A DNA stretch of 64,000 nt from the sequence record OR896825.1. One strand, written 5' to 3'. The DNA is from Escherichia phage Delraymugoa. The translations under genes were made by a program, and so were the position numbers. Below are positions 27,213 through 37,835 of this stretch, one piece after another. Within the stretch, counting starts at the first letter, position 1. Each line of letters opens with the position of its first letter. The notes under the pieces are model-generated. The model had not been told where the DNA came from and did not search any database. It saw nothing but the letters and a program-made list of their open reading frames with translations.

Positions 27213-27381
27213 CGTCTTTCTCCTTTTTGCGTTTTTCTTTACCAACTACACTAGGTCCACGATTGGTAATAGATCCGCTCGTTTCCCCTGCTGCGATCTT
27301 CTCAGGATTGCCGCCAGCATCGCCAGCGGTCATATCTTCTTTGAGTTTATTTTCTTCAACAAACTGTTTAAATCCAATCAT
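27205..27381 (-). CDS. small hypothetical protein (58 aa)
   Basis: Below the track threshold; ATGA overlap with upstream stop; open frame across an otherwise unannotated 130-nt gap. Confidence 0.3.
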   Translation of the reverse strand: MIGFKQFVEENKLKEDMTAGDAGGNPEKIAAGETSGSITNRGPSVVGKEKRKKEKDGA

Positions 27382-27755
27382 AGAATAATCTCTTTCAGTA
27401 AGTCAACAATCTGGTCTTTCGTCAGTTTATCCTGATTCTCTACAATCTTGATAACACAAGCATTAACATCTTTTCGAGTCACGCGGGAGATCGTTTTAAT
27501 ACGATGAAACGGTTCGTAGAAATATACTGCTTCATTATAGAGCGCAGCAATTTTTCGACGCATTTGATCTTTATCTGACAAGAAAACAAGTGCTGTTTTA
27601 TGACCTTCTACACCCGCCACGTTATATAGTTCAGCAACACCCCAGCGACCTTCCGGTTCAATCATTCCGGCGTGTTTACCGTCGATAAAAATAAGAATAT
27701 CTCCGTTGAATGCGGTTTTGAATGCTACATCTTCCGGCGTAATCATATTTTTCAT
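27378..27755 (-). CDS. hypothetical protein (125 aa)
   Basis: ORF in array. Confidence 0.45.
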   Translation of the reverse strand: MKNMITPEDVAFKTAFNGDILIFIDGKHAGMIEPEGRWGVAELYNVAGVEGHKTALVFLSDKDQMRRKIAALYNEAVYFYEPFHRIKTISRVTRKDVNACVIKIVENQDKLTKDQIVDLLKEIIL

Positions 27756-27785
27756 AATATAGTCTCCTTAGAGTTTCATTATAGA

Positions 27786-28421
27786 TCAATCGAATGTAGA
27801 AAGCAAATGTTTTGTTTCTTTCAGTTGTCGTTCAAGATTTTTGCGTTTCTCTTTAAGTTGCATTTTAGCATTATTTCGCTCTCTTGTAACCTCTTTATCA
27901 ATACTCTTATTCCAGTTATCAATATCAGAATAAGTTGGCATACCCAATTCTAGACCTAATGCGGTTGGATACAAGGTAACAGTCCATAAACCGCTAATCT
28001 TCTTAAATAGGTCGGGGTGTAGTGTACTACCTACATCTTCCGGTGTCAACTCTTTTTCTTCTTTCAGTGGTGGGATCTCGTCATATGGTTCCAGTGCATT
28101 TACTTTAATATCAGATACCTCATCAAAGAATCCGCGTACATCCGCAGGAAATACACAAGCAATTTCCCAACCGTGATCACGCAGAGAAGTAATATTTTTC
28201 ACTCCCCCACCATGTGTGATGATTGATGTGACATTGCCATCAAGGTCCACCGAATTTACGAGAAATGGCTTATCGTCTGTCAGATCATTATAAAACTGTG
28301 CTTCGGCTGTAGTCATCTCCAGAAACAGATCTCGGATCGGACGACCATCAGGTGCGTTACCTTCCTTGAGAGTATAAAAGCGACTTACGATCCATTTTGG
28401 CGGTAAAGCATTAGCGATCAT
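27786..28421 (-). CDS. hypothetical protein (211 aa)
   Basis: ORF between gp41 and gp61. Confidence 0.5.
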   Translation of the reverse strand: MIANALPPKWIVSRFYTLKEGNAPDGRPIRDLFLEMTTAEAQFYNDLTDDKPFLVNSVDLDGNVTSIITHGGGVKNITSLRDHGWEIACVFPADVRGFFDEVSDIKVNALEPYDEIPPLKEEKELTPEDVGSTLHPDLFKKISGLWTVTLYPTALGLELGMPTYSDIDNWNKSIDKEVTRERNNAKMQLKEKRKNLERQLKETKHLLSTFD

Positions 28422-28471
28422 GTTATATCTCCTATCAAATCATTCACCAGCGCCCCGTAGGGCGCATTTTA

Positions 28472-29884
28472 TTAGAAAGTCATGTTATTTGCTAGCTCGT
28501 CGAGTTTTTCTCGTTTCTCGGCTTGCTGTGCGCTTTGTGGTTTAACTTGTGCATTCTCCTGATCTGCGATCTGGTTTGGGACTTCATACCAACGCTGATT
28601 GCCTTTTTTCACACCAACGTTAAACCGTGAATAATAGTTCTTATCACCGTAACGAGACTTGATCTGCTTCATGAGTTGGACGCCCATTTTAGCCAGGTCT
28701 TCGGTTTCGATAACACCCAACATAAAGTCGGCAGTAGCCGGAAGACCTGCTGATTCAGCGGTATCACTCATGTTAAGGTCGGAAGCATCCCAACCAGCAC
28801 GGGTAGTTTGTGCCGCAGTCCAACCAACAACATCCCACTTAACAAAAAATCCGCGAAGTTCTTCCGCAATCGCTTTAACGAGAGTGTAGCTATTCTCAGA
28901 GTATACACGCAAGCGAGACGATGCGCAAATCCCCAGATAGTCAACAATCACAACATCAGGTTTAAACTGTTTCTTGAGTCGCAATTCATTCATTAACGCC
29001 TCAAAGTGATTGGAGTTCGCGCCACCAGTCGGATACTGCTTGATCATCAATTTTCCAACCGGACGATCTCCGATCTTCTTATTCTTAACACGCTTCATAC
29101 GTGCGGAATATTCCGCAAAAGAAACATTACCATTATCCAATTCATCTAATGTAATGTCAAGCAAGTTTGCGTCGATACGTTTGGCTACGACATGCTCTGC
29201 CATCTCCATTGAGATATACAATACATCATAACCACATTCCATATAATCCGCAGCAAGAGAACATAATCCAAGCGATTTACCAACATTTACACCAGCAAGC
29301 AACACATTTAGCGTTTTTCTTTCCGCGCCTCCTTTCGTGATTTTATTCAACATCGGCAGCTTAAACGGGATCTTATTCGCCTTAGTCTGATATAGCAAGA
29401 ATCGTTTTTCAAAGTCATTAAACCAGTCATGACCTACATCAGAATCAAACGTAATGGATAGTGCTTCCTGCATAATCTCAGGAATAGCGCCCTCACTCGG
29501 CAATTTCTTATTCTGTTTCTCTTTTGGTAGTTGTGCGTTCGCCTGAATCTCTAGCGCCCGTGACATTGCATTATACATGGCACGGTCACGAATAAATTTT
29601 TCTGTTTCCTTCATTAACCAATCAAGGTCTTCCGGTGTATTCTCCAGCGAATCGAGAAGAGTTTTAGCCCCTTCATATGTTGTCTGATTGCCTCTCTCCT
29701 TGTCTAAAGCAATCTGTAATGCAGTTGGCGTAGGAATGTTGGAATATTCGTCTACGTGCTTTTTAATCAGTTTATAAATCAGTTTTTCTTCGTCTTCGGT
29801 GAAGTAGTCCGCTTTAAGGTGAGGCCATACATTCGTAAAGAATGCGCCATTGTAAATCAACTGTGAAAAGATAGTTTTAATCAT
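28472..29884 (-). CDS. 41: replicative DNA helicase gp41 (DnaB-like)
   Basis: Walker A GVNVGKS, RecA-fold motifs, about 470 aa; T4 synteny 61-41-uvsX. Confidence 0.9.
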   Translation of the reverse strand: MIKTIFSQLIYNGAFFTNVWPHLKADYFTEDEEKLIYKLIKKHVDEYSNIPTPTALQIALDKERGNQTTYEGAKTLLDSLENTPEDLDWLMKETEKFIRDRAMYNAMSRALEIQANAQLPKEKQNKKLPSEGAIPEIMQEALSITFDSDVGHDWFNDFEKRFLLYQTKANKIPFKLPMLNKITKGGAERKTLNVLLAGVNVGKSLGLCSLAADYMECGYDVLYISMEMAEHVVAKRIDANLLDITLDELDNGNVSFAEYSARMKRVKNKKIGDRPVGKLMIKQYPTGGANSNHFEALMNELRLKKQFKPDVVIVDYLGICASSRLRVYSENSYTLVKAIAEELRGFFVKWDVVGWTAAQTTRAGWDASDLNMSDTAESAGLPATADFMLGVIETEDLAKMGVQLMKQIKSRYGDKNYYSRFNVGVKKGNQRWYEVPNQIADQENAQVKPQSAQQAEKREKLDELANNMTF

Positions 29885-30198
29885 ACATAGCCCCCAACTA
29901 CACGCATAACAAAGGTCTTGAGTTTATACCAGAAAGTTTCTTTTTTCAACTTTTCTTCTGCTTCTTTGATCTGCGCGGTTAACGCCTTAATGACGTGTGG
30001 ATATACCACATCACGATCTGACGGCGTGGAGTAGTCGACCACAATACCTTTAGTGTCTGGATCGTATTCAACATTATGAATATAGACAATATGATGTTCT
30101 CCCTCTTCATCAACAATTATCAGTTCCTGAATAACTGTCTTCATTGCTTCTTGAATCAAGCCGTGTGCTTCTTCTAAACTTGTTGGTTTCTTATCCAT
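29881..30198 (-). CDS. hypothetical protein (105 aa), gp40 position
   Basis: Occupies the T4 gene 40 slot between 41 and uvsX; assignment by synteny only. Confidence 0.4.
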   Translation of the reverse strand: MDKKPTSLEEAHGLIQEAMKTVIQELIIVDEEGEHHIVYIHNVEYDPDTKGIVVDYSTPSDRDVVYPHVIKALTAQIKEAEEKLKKETFWYKLKTFVMRVVGGYV

Positions 30199-30215
30199 AA
30201 TATAATCCTCTCTAG

Positions 30216-30240
30216 ATATGAAAAAGGGGCACGTAGCCCC
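30216..30240 (-). terminator. rho-independent terminator after uvsX
   Basis: GGGGC-UACGU-GCCCC followed by UUUUUCAU on minus strand. Confidence 0.55.
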
Positions 30241-30253
30241 TTTACTACCATTG

Positions 30254-31324
30254 TTATGCTAACATATCTTCGATTTCTTTGTCAACTGCTTCGTCGCTGA
30301 TCACTTGCCCCAGCTTATAATGATCGTTGATTGCTTCGTTAAACTTATCGTTTGTCAGAAGTGGTTTCCAGAACTCAATGCTATTGGTTTCTTTAGCACG
30401 GAACTTGCGTTCTTCGGTTTCCATCTCTCCGGTCTCGGTATTTAGGATTGAACGAGAATACCAGCCGTTTGACGGTTTCACTACCCAGCCTAACTCTACA
30501 GCCAATTCCAGCAACCCGGAATAAGGATCGATACCACCGCTAAATGTTACGCTAATCGGGAACTTAGATTTTTCTTTAACGGTTCGTGATTTTTCCGCAT
30601 TCAGGATAAAATCATAACCAGTAATTTCGGTTCCTTCTTTCTGCTGACGACGACCAATAATGAAAACTTCATTGGCTGAATACATCGCGCCCGTACCGCC
30701 GGACATAACGGTCTTACTAAACATTTCTTGCGTTTCGTAAGTGTGGTTAATAGCGATGCACGGGATATCATTCATAGTCAGATACGGCGTAACCATACGG
30801 AACAAGCCTTTAAGTGCTTTAGCTCGCGTCATATCCTGCGCTGATTTCTCATTAATCGCGTCTTCAACTTCTTTTTTGCTTGCTAAGTTACCGATTGAGT
30901 CAATAAAGATGATCACTTTATCTTCACGGGTAATTTGCTCAAGCTGGTTCATGATTTCAAATTTCAGTTCTTCGATGTTCTTGATTGGAACATGCACCAC
31001 GCGATCAGGATCTACACCCATAGATTCAAGATAAGCGGACGTAATACCAAACTCAGAATCAAAGAACAAGCACGCCGCATCAGGATTCTGTTTCATGTAT
31101 GCACTAACGCAAGTTAATCCCATGTTTGATTTAAAGTGCTTAGACGGACCAGCAAAGAAAATCAGACCAGATTGAAAGCCTTTTTTAAGATCACCTGAAA
31201 ACGCAATATTCAGCATCGGGATCTTAGTGCGAGTATTTGTTTTTTCGTTAAAGAAGCTGGATTTAGACAGTACCGCAGTAGTTTTCAGGGTAGAGTTCTT
31301 TTTCAGTTTTTCCAGTACAGACAT
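30254..31324 (-). CDS. uvsX: recombinase UvsX (RecA-like)
   Basis: Long identity blocks with T4 UvsX (KIPMLNIAFSG, CIAINHTYETQEMFSKTVM.GGTG, RTVKEKSKF). Confidence 0.95.
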   Translation of the reverse strand: MSVLEKLKKNSTLKTTAVLSKSSFFNEKTNTRTKIPMLNIAFSGDLKKGFQSGLIFFAGPSKHFKSNMGLTCVSAYMKQNPDAACLFFDSEFGITSAYLESMGVDPDRVVHVPIKNIEELKFEIMNQLEQITREDKVIIFIDSIGNLASKKEVEDAINEKSAQDMTRAKALKGLFRMVTPYLTMNDIPCIAINHTYETQEMFSKTVMSGGTGAMYSANEVFIIGRRQQKEGTEITGYDFILNAEKSRTVKEKSKFPISVTFSGGIDPYSGLLELAVELGWVVKPSNGWYSRSILNTETGEMETEERKFRAKETNSIEFWKPLLTNDKFNEAINDHYKLGQVISDEAVDKEIEDMLA

Positions 31325-31335
31325 TATTAATACCT

Positions 31336-31563
31336 CTATTCAGTTAATCCGTAATACTTTAATTGCTTCATTGTTATTCGATCTTTGTAGTGCTCTTGAA
31401 TTAACTTTTTCATCGCATCAACATCGATCGTCACAAATACTTCGTTGCTGTGATTTCCGTGAACTTTCTTGAAATGCTCTATGCCTTCCTCACGTTCACG
31501 TTTAATCTTTTCAATGTCTCTCATCGTATATTTCTCACGTTGGCGGGTATCGTCACCCAACAC
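31336..31563 (-). CDS. hypothetical protein (75 aa)
   Basis: Only ORF between uvsX and gene 43. Confidence 0.4.
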   Translation of the reverse strand: MLGDDTRQREKYTMRDIEKIKREREEGIEHFKKVHGNHSNEVFVTIDVDAMKKLIQEHYKDRITMKQLKYYGLTE

Positions 31564-31585
31564 CCGCCATTATACACACTTTATC

Positions 31586-34264
31586 TTAAATGTCAAACAG
31601 GTCAGTCAGAGAAGCAACTTTCTCATATTGCAGCTTTGCAGCCGTGGTAATGTTCTCCAGTGGTTTGACGAAAGTCTTATTAAACAACAAAGGCCAGTCT
31701 AACCACTTTAACACCTCTGATTCAATTTCTGGAGGAATACGAGTACCGGACAACCAACCAAAACAGATTTCTCCAAACGGATTTCGATCTTTCAGCGGTA
31801 CAATCATAACCTTCTCGCCCTCACGAATTGGATCTAGTCCGAATTTTCGAGCATTACGATTATAACACAATACACTCTTAACCGCATACGGACAACCCTT
31901 AATCGGATACCCGTTTGAATCGCTGTATTTCTGTAGGTTGTTTGCAGATGATACCGCAGCAACCTCAAGATAATCAAGTTTTCTAAATTCTTGCTCAAAA
32001 ATACCGTAGTATTCCTGCAATGACTCTTCACCTTCCTGCAACATACGGCGAATACATTCTTTCAGTGATTTCTGACATGCTTTAGGGGTGGAGCTACGTT
32101 GCGTTTCCAAGCCCATGATTTTTAGCTTAGGTTCAGCAAAGCGCGTTCCTTCCATATCCCAAACATTAAGAGCATAACGCTTTTTGCCAGTCCAGAATCC
32201 ACCGATACCCGCAGATTTCAACGGAGGACCAGCAATTGCCTCACGGTCCATAAACATCAAGTGCTCATAGTTGTTCATGTACTCGCATAACTCGCGATAT
32301 CCCTTGTCGATAATAGGTTCCATTCGATGTTTACCGAAATTATCAAGGAAGTCAACAAGTTTTTCGGTATCGTCGAAACGGTCTTCCCCGCCAACCTTAT
32401 CAACAACATTGTTAACCAGCACATAAACGGAGTCAGTATCACAATAACGAACATATGCAAAATCGGTTGTTCCGCAAAGCTCGTTTAAGTATTCGTTAAT
32501 CTTACGCTCAATCCACTGAATTGCAAGCTGACCAAACAAGGTGATCGCACTAGCGTTACGGAGATCATAAAAACGGAATTTAGGATTCCCCAACGCACCA
32601 TAAAGGGAGTTGATCAAAACTTTTCGAGAAAGCTGGTTTGTATTGCACAAGATCGACTCGTCTTTACATTCTTCCAGCAATTTCTCTAAGGCATCTTTAC
32701 TTAATTCAGAAAGCATCGATTTAAACGCTTCATCAAAGTCGTGACGTACTTCAACGCTATAGCTAATGGTTCCCCCATAAACATGATTTTCATCGTGTAG
32801 AATCGCTTTACAGAGTTCAGCATTGCGATCACATGCCAACATCATGTTTTTGTACTGCTTACGCTGATCGAATACCTTTTTAATCTCAATCGGTACGATA
32901 CCGTGAATATCTTTTCTATACATCCATCCGTTAGGAGAGCAAGAATACTCATCACTCGGACGTGGTGCAGTTTTATTGATATACTCGTGCATCGGTGCAG
33001 CATCAAAAGATCCGGCGATTGTTTCCGGCGAAATGTTAACCTGTCGAATAATAGATGGGTACAGACTTGTTAAGTCAAAGCTCATCATCCAACGGTAAGC
33101 ATTCGGCACAGGTTCTTTTACGAATGCGCCTGGATACGTCTGCTTAGGCTGTATCTTATTTTCCGGTACTACTTTACCCTCAGCTTTCAGAGATCCGAAG
33201 ATAATAGCATCCCATACTTTCATCGGGTTATAAACATGGTTAAATTTAATCTTTGCATAGAAACATAGACTATACACCAGATCGATAAATCCACGCTTTT
33301 TATCAATCGCCAGCACACGATCAACGTCGCCGATGTTATAATCGATGTAAAGTTGATGGTTGTCATCACGCAATTTCTTTAACGGACCATCATAATCAAC
33401 CTTACCGATTCCTGTCTCATATTCAGCAACATAATCTAACGCATATGTTGGTTGAGTCGTAAAGCTAAATTTCTTGTATAGGTCAATATAATCAAGGCTT
33501 TCGATCCCCATGATCGTAAATGCTTCACGCTCGTTGCCAAAATCATCCTGTGAGATTCGGGATTTAATCTTACCGCACGGGCTTAGACGGTTAGCGGTTC
33601 TACTTCCGAACTTATTACTGATACGTTTAATGATATATGGAATATCGAATGTTTCTGTGTTCCAGCCAGTGAAACCAACGGGTCGGTTTTCCTCAAAGAA
33701 TCGGATGTATTCTAACAGCAATTCATCTTCTGTGTCATAGACGTTATAAACAACGCGATCTACAATATCAGGTCGAAGAATAGACTTGCTTGCTTCCCAG
33801 ATTTCACCGTTTTTTCCTTTCAAATCAAATACAAAGAAACGATCATGTACGGAATCATAATGCGTAATTGCATCGATAGGATATTTCGCTTCTTCTGGTT
33901 TAGGAAATTCCGGTGCAGTGACCTCGATATCAACCCATGCTACACGGATTTTATTTCGGTCATATCGAATCTCGCCTTTATACGTATCAGACAGATAGGA
34001 GATGATAAAATCATCCATCCCTAGCGCCTCTTGCCCCATTTCTCCCATCTTTTTACGCCATTTGTTGGCCTCGTTCATAGAGGGGAATTTTTTAGCAATG
34101 CAAGGCTTGCCATAGATATCTTTATAATTCGTAACCATACCAGGCGCGGCATGATGAAATAAAGTTGGCGTATATTCAACGTAACGCTCTTGTTCTTGTC
34201 CAGCATCATCAATATAACGCTCGTAGATCTTATCACCCACTCGCTCACATGACAGAAAATACAT
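31586..34264 (-). CDS. 43: DNA polymerase gp43 (family B)
   Basis: Exo and Pol motifs shared with T4 gp43 (YPSIIRQVNISPETI, NSLYGALGN, YCDTDS); start moved to ATG (MYFLSCERVG) with AAGGAG Shine-Dalgarno. Confidence 0.95.
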   Translation of the reverse strand: MYFLSCERVGDKIYERYIDDAGQEQERYVEYTPTLFHHAAPGMVTNYKDIYGKPCIAKKFPSMNEANKWRKKMGEMGQEALGMDDFIISYLSDTYKGEIRYDRNKIRVAWVDIEVTAPEFPKPEEAKYPIDAITHYDSVHDRFFVFDLKGKNGEIWEASKSILRPDIVDRVVYNVYDTEDELLLEYIRFFEENRPVGFTGWNTETFDIPYIIKRISNKFGSRTANRLSPCGKIKSRISQDDFGNEREAFTIMGIESLDYIDLYKKFSFTTQPTYALDYVAEYETGIGKVDYDGPLKKLRDDNHQLYIDYNIGDVDRVLAIDKKRGFIDLVYSLCFYAKIKFNHVYNPMKVWDAIIFGSLKAEGKVVPENKIQPKQTYPGAFVKEPVPNAYRWMMSFDLTSLYPSIIRQVNISPETIAGSFDAAPMHEYINKTAPRPSDEYSCSPNGWMYRKDIHGIVPIEIKKVFDQRKQYKNMMLACDRNAELCKAILHDENHVYGGTISYSVEVRHDFDEAFKSMLSELSKDALEKLLEECKDESILCNTNQLSRKVLINSLYGALGNPKFRFYDLRNASAITLFGQLAIQWIERKINEYLNELCGTTDFAYVRYCDTDSVYVLVNNVVDKVGGEDRFDDTEKLVDFLDNFGKHRMEPIIDKGYRELCEYMNNYEHLMFMDREAIAGPPLKSAGIGGFWTGKKRYALNVWDMEGTRFAEPKLKIMGLETQRSSTPKACQKSLKECIRRMLQEGEESLQEYYGIFEQEFRKLDYLEVAAVSSANNLQKYSDSNGYPIKGCPYAVKSVLCYNRNARKFGLDPIREGEKVMIVPLKDRNPFGEICFGWLSGTRIPPEIESEVLKWLDWPLLFNKTFVKPLENITTAAKLQYEKVASLTDLFDI

Positions 34265-34296
34265 AATATAAACTCCTTCACTTACGAAAGACACTC

Positions 34297-34325
34297 ATTA
34301 TAGGGGAATCGACTTAGTTTGTCAA
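34297..34325 (-). promoter_or_regulatory. sigma70-type promoter for gene 43
   Basis: TTGACA-N17-TATAAT between regA stop and gene 43; flanked by ATAGGGG..CCCCTAT inverted repeat. Confidence 0.55.
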
Positions 34326-34346
34326 TACCCCTATCCCATCAGTATC

Positions 34347-34709
34347 TTATCGCCCGATCTGATATTTCTCGATCAGCGTCCACTCTTCTTTCTGTTTGAA
34401 AGACAGTACACGGAAATTATTAACTTCGGTAGTTTCAAAATCACTATCAATCAGGGTACACAGATTCCACTGCGCAAGAAGTTTTGCAATGTTATTACGG
34501 CGTAATTCATCTTCCCACGTCATTTTAACACTACGACCATCTAATTTCAACAACTCCTTGAAATGAACGATGTAATAGCGCCCTTTCTTCTGGAGAATAT
34601 GACAAGACTGATACAGTGTCTTGTCACGATTGTTGGCAATGCCGCAGCGGGTTAAAGTTTCCTTAATTTTAAGGAAGTTTTCAGGACTAATCAAATTAAT
34701 TTCAATCAT
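34347..34709 (-). CDS. regA: translational repressor RegA
   Basis: About 60 percent identity to recalled T4 RegA (KETLTRxGIANN.DK.LYQSCHILQKKG.YYIVHFKE). Confidence 0.9.
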   Translation of the reverse strand: MIEINLISPENFLKIKETLTRCGIANNRDKTLYQSCHILQKKGRYYIVHFKELLKLDGRSVKMTWEDELRRNNIAKLLAQWNLCTLIDSDFETTEVNNFRVLSFKQKEEWTLIEKYQIGR

Positions 34710-34710
34710 T

Positions 34711-35289
34711 TTACCACCTTTCTATAATCTTTTTAAGTCGTTTCCTTTCTGTCTGATTCTTAGTAACACCCGCCAAAAGTTCATCGGTCGCATACGGTTT
34801 AATGTGCTTCAATAACTTGTCCATATATCCCTTTTCATTAGCCAAATCGAGATAAAACCGGGCGTCATCCATATTTACACAATATGCTTTCGCCACTGCC
34901 ATTAAAACCAATTTTTGGTCCAATTCTTCTGTTAGTTTAGCCCATTTACCGTATCGTTTCCCCTTAGAAATACTCTGTAAGAGATAATCAAAATGCATTT
35001 GATCTGGGAGGCCATGACCGATTAAATTCATCACATACGCGCTATATAGACAATCTGCGTGCTGCGAAAGAGCGGTATTAATCCATCTCTGATTGTATGC
35101 AGAATTGTTTCCCACATTAACGCGCTGTTTATCTAAGGTGATATGATCCATCAGAGCAAATAATGCATTGTCGGTTTTCTCGGTGAATGTATCCGCTAAT
35201 TCAGACACTTTTTCCCAATCACGAGAGCGCCATGCAATTTCATGCTCGTTTAATTGTGTATCATCTTCACCGAAAAATTGACCTAACAT
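34711..35289 (-). CDS. 62: clamp loader small subunit gp62
   Basis: QLNEH..AW.S.DW, RYGKWAKL blocks as T4 gp62; synteny. Confidence 0.85.
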   Translation of the reverse strand: MLGQFFGEDDTQLNEHEIAWRSRDWEKVSELADTFTEKTDNALFALMDHITLDKQRVNVGNNSAYNQRWINTALSQHADCLYSAYVMNLIGHGLPDQMHFDYLLQSISKGKRYGKWAKLTEELDQKLVLMAVAKAYCVNMDDARFYLDLANEKGYMDKLLKHIKPYATDELLAGVTKNQTERKRLKKIIERW

Positions 35290-36263
35290 TATACGAACTC
35301 CAATTCAACCATTAATTGCATTAACAAAAAGACAATGTGAATCTCTTTATCAGCCGCGTGCGCAAACATCTGATTATTTTCACCGATAATCTCAGTGAGA
35401 CGAATAATAGAAGCTGGCTTAACTTGAGTATACAACTCATTATAAAGTTTCTTGACAAATTGAGCGTATGTATTGGTATATCGCGGTGCAAGTTTACGCA
35501 CATTAGCAAACTGTTTAGTTTTCAGTGCTTCCACCACATCGGTTACTTCGGTATTGCTACTTTCGATAACCATGCTTAATACGCCAGCATCAATTTTACC
35601 ATGTTTAGCGTAGCGGTCCAAAAGTTTCATTACGCGTCGGAAGTCTGGGAAGTTCTGTTTAACCAGTTCCGCTAATACGCGCATTTCTTCTACTGGAACA
35701 CCTTCTTTATCAAGAATTGCTTTACACCGGACGATCATTTCTTTCATCATGCGAAGCTGATCATCTTTAGTCGGAGATCCAAACGTGATGGGATCAAATC
35801 GAGATCGCAATGCCGGGATAATACCTTCTAGATCGTTTGCTGTGATAATGAATGTCACGTTGTTTGAGTATGCCTCAGAGAAACTACGCAAGTGTCTTTG
35901 AGCGTCAGCCAACCCCACTCGGTCATACTCATCGATAATAACAACTTTGCCTTTTTCTCGTTTTTCTTCATCGAGTGATACACTCTGCGCAAAGCGTGTA
36001 ATCTCATCGCGGATAAAATCAATCTTACAATCTGCGCCGTTAACAAACAGATAATCAACACCCACATCTTCGCAAAGCGCCTTAGCAACGGTTGTTTTAC
36101 CAGTACCCGGCGATGGGCTATGCAGGATCATAGAAGGGATTCGGCCTTGCTTAACAATCTGCGCGAAGATCTTTTTATCTGCTTCCGGCAGAATACATTC
36201 AGAAATTGATTTCGGACGGTATTTCTGTTCCCACTGAAACTCATTTTCATTAACACTCAGCAT
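35289..36263 (-). CDS. 44: clamp loader large subunit gp44 (AAA+)
   Basis: HSPSPGTGKTTVAKAL Walker A, VIIDEYDR, SRxxxI; start moved to ATG (MLSVNENEF) with GAGGTGA Shine-Dalgarno. Confidence 0.9.
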   Translation of the reverse strand: MLSVNENEFQWEQKYRPKSISECILPEADKKIFAQIVKQGRIPSMILHSPSPGTGKTTVAKALCEDVGVDYLFVNGADCKIDFIRDEITRFAQSVSLDEEKREKGKVVIIDEYDRVGLADAQRHLRSFSEAYSNNVTFIITANDLEGIIPALRSRFDPITFGSPTKDDQLRMMKEMIVRCKAILDKEGVPVEEMRVLAELVKQNFPDFRRVMKLLDRYAKHGKIDAGVLSMVIESSNTEVTDVVEALKTKQFANVRKLAPRYTNTYAQFVKKLYNELYTQVKPASIIRLTEIIGENNQMFAHAADKEIHIVFLLMQLMVELEFV

Positions 36264-36296
36264 ATAATCACCTCTCACAAATTACATCATTAAAAC

Positions 36297-36316
36297 GGGG
36301 AGTATTTACACTCCCC
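36297..36316 (-). promoter_or_regulatory. intergenic stem-loop between gp45 and gp44
   Basis: GGGGAGU-N6-ACUCCCC; same stem family as the promoter-associated hairpins but with no -35 element. Confidence 0.4.
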
Positions 36317-36328
36317 ACAAACATTATA

Positions 36329-37015
36329 TTAGTCGGTGTAGCTGGAGTCAAGGTCACACGCGATCATATAAGATACGGTTTCACTTGCCAGCCATACAGC
36401 CTTACGGCGAGTGAAGCTCAGTTTGTAATCGCCGAAGTCAGTAGCAACCAGTTTCATGTTATCTTTACGAATAAAGAAATGGAAGTCTGCGGTTCCGGTA
36501 TATTCGCCCATATCAAGACAAAACATCTCATTAGGATTATTTTTGTCAATCTCTTCCCAACCTTTGATCATCAGACGACCATCAATCGGGAGAAATTCAA
36601 GGCGGTCCACTTTAAGCTGATTGCTCATTTTCATAAGCTGTTTCAGATCGTCGTTGCTCAGTTCGTAATCTACATCGCTTGCGGGTGGAGTAACTCGGCC
36701 TTTCGGTGATACGATGGCGGCAGCACTAGCACCAGGATAATTAATTTTCAGACGATCGTTAGACACACGAATGTTACCAGTGCGGTCATCAACCGTAATA
36801 TCTGCTTCATCGCCTACCAGATTCAGAATACCCAAGAAAGAGTTAAGATCATAGATCCCAATTTCGTGTTCCAGTTCTTGATTCAGAGTCGCTTCACCAT
36901 ATACAACGTTTGTCATGTTTTTGGTGATCAGGACGTTTCCTTTTTTCAGGATGATACCTGGGTTAATAGCGGAAAAGTTTTTCAGGGTAGCAATGGTTTC
37001 TTTAGTCAGTTTCAT
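36329..37015 (-). CDS. 45: sliding clamp gp45
   Basis: MKLTKETIATLKNFSAINPGI matches T4 gp45 N-terminus; 228 aa from the ATG. Confidence 0.9.
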   Translation of the reverse strand: MKLTKETIATLKNFSAINPGIILKKGNVLITKNMTNVVYGEATLNQELEHEIGIYDLNSFLGILNLVGDEADITVDDRTGNIRVSNDRLKINYPGASAAAIVSPKGRVTPPASDVDYELSNDDLKQLMKMSNQLKVDRLEFLPIDGRLMIKGWEEIDKNNPNEMFCLDMGEYTGTADFHFFIRKDNMKLVATDFGDYKLSFTRRKAVWLASETVSYMIACDLDSSYTD

Positions 37016-37045
37016 CAAATCACCTTTATCATGTTAATCAATTAA

Positions 37046-37444
37046 TTACGGGTTTACTTCGTGCTCATTTTGAATCTTTAGCATTCTTTCGATAAATTTT
37101 TTCTCGGCTTCCTTGTCGGATGAGTGAGTATACTTCAATCCAATGTAAGCTGTCAAGTATTGTTGCAGAGCATAGACAGTAACAGGATTCTTTGCGGTCT
37201 TTTTGCCGTCGAGATATACCAGATCACCACGAACATCAAACGCAAGTTTACGACGAATCACATCATCAACAAATTTATCTAGGACAAAATACCACTCAAT
37301 ACATTCTATCCCGTGACGGTAGTTCATTACATCGTTATCTTTGATATAGTCAAACGGAATATGACATAATTTACGATTTTGTAGGATGAATAGCATTTGT
37401 TCTTTTAAGCTCATACGTTTCATTCCATCACTTCCCATCAGCAA
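37046..37444 (-). CDS. hypothetical protein (132 aa), rpbA position
   Basis: Occupies the T4 rpbA slot next to gene 45; assignment by synteny only. Confidence 0.4.
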   Translation of the reverse strand: MLMGSDGMKRMSLKEQMLFILQNRKLCHIPFDYIKDNDVMNYRHGIECIEWYFVLDKFVDDVIRRKLAFDVRGDLVYLDGKKTAKNPVTVYALQQYLTAYIGLKYTHSSDKEAEKKFIERMLKIQNEHEVNP

Positions 37445-37820
37445 TTGCGATCAGACGAGTTACTACTACGCTAGCGGCTTCAATCAGCAGTTCATCAGTG
37501 TCAATCTGATAACCCTTTTCGAGAATATCTTTACCTCGAATAGTTTTAGCACCTTTAGCAATTGAATCATCGTAATACTTGCGCATTGCCGCGATCCATT
37601 CTTTTTGCACCATATCATCAATATGCGCGTACAGTTCAAAGCGTGCTTGCTGCGGGATAACCTTCATTTTAGCTTTCTCGCTTTCTGGCATTTGTAGTAC
37701 CCACGCTTTACGGATCTTGTTCATTGCTCGGTCAAATTCGAGACTGGTTTTCTTGTTCTGAATGTCTGCTACAGTAATTTTAGCCAGGTTTGCGGAAGTA
37801 GTCATAATATTAATCTCCAA
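37428..37820 (-). CDS. hypothetical protein (130 aa)
   Basis: ORF in array. Confidence 0.45.
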   Translation of the reverse strand: MEINIMTTSANLAKITVADIQNKKTSLEFDRAMNKIRKAWVLQMPESEKAKMKVIPQQARFELYAHIDDMVQKEWIAAMRKYYDDSIAKGAKTIRGKDILEKGYQIDTDELLIEAASVVVTRLIAIADGK

Positions 37821-37835
37821 AATAAAATCAGTATA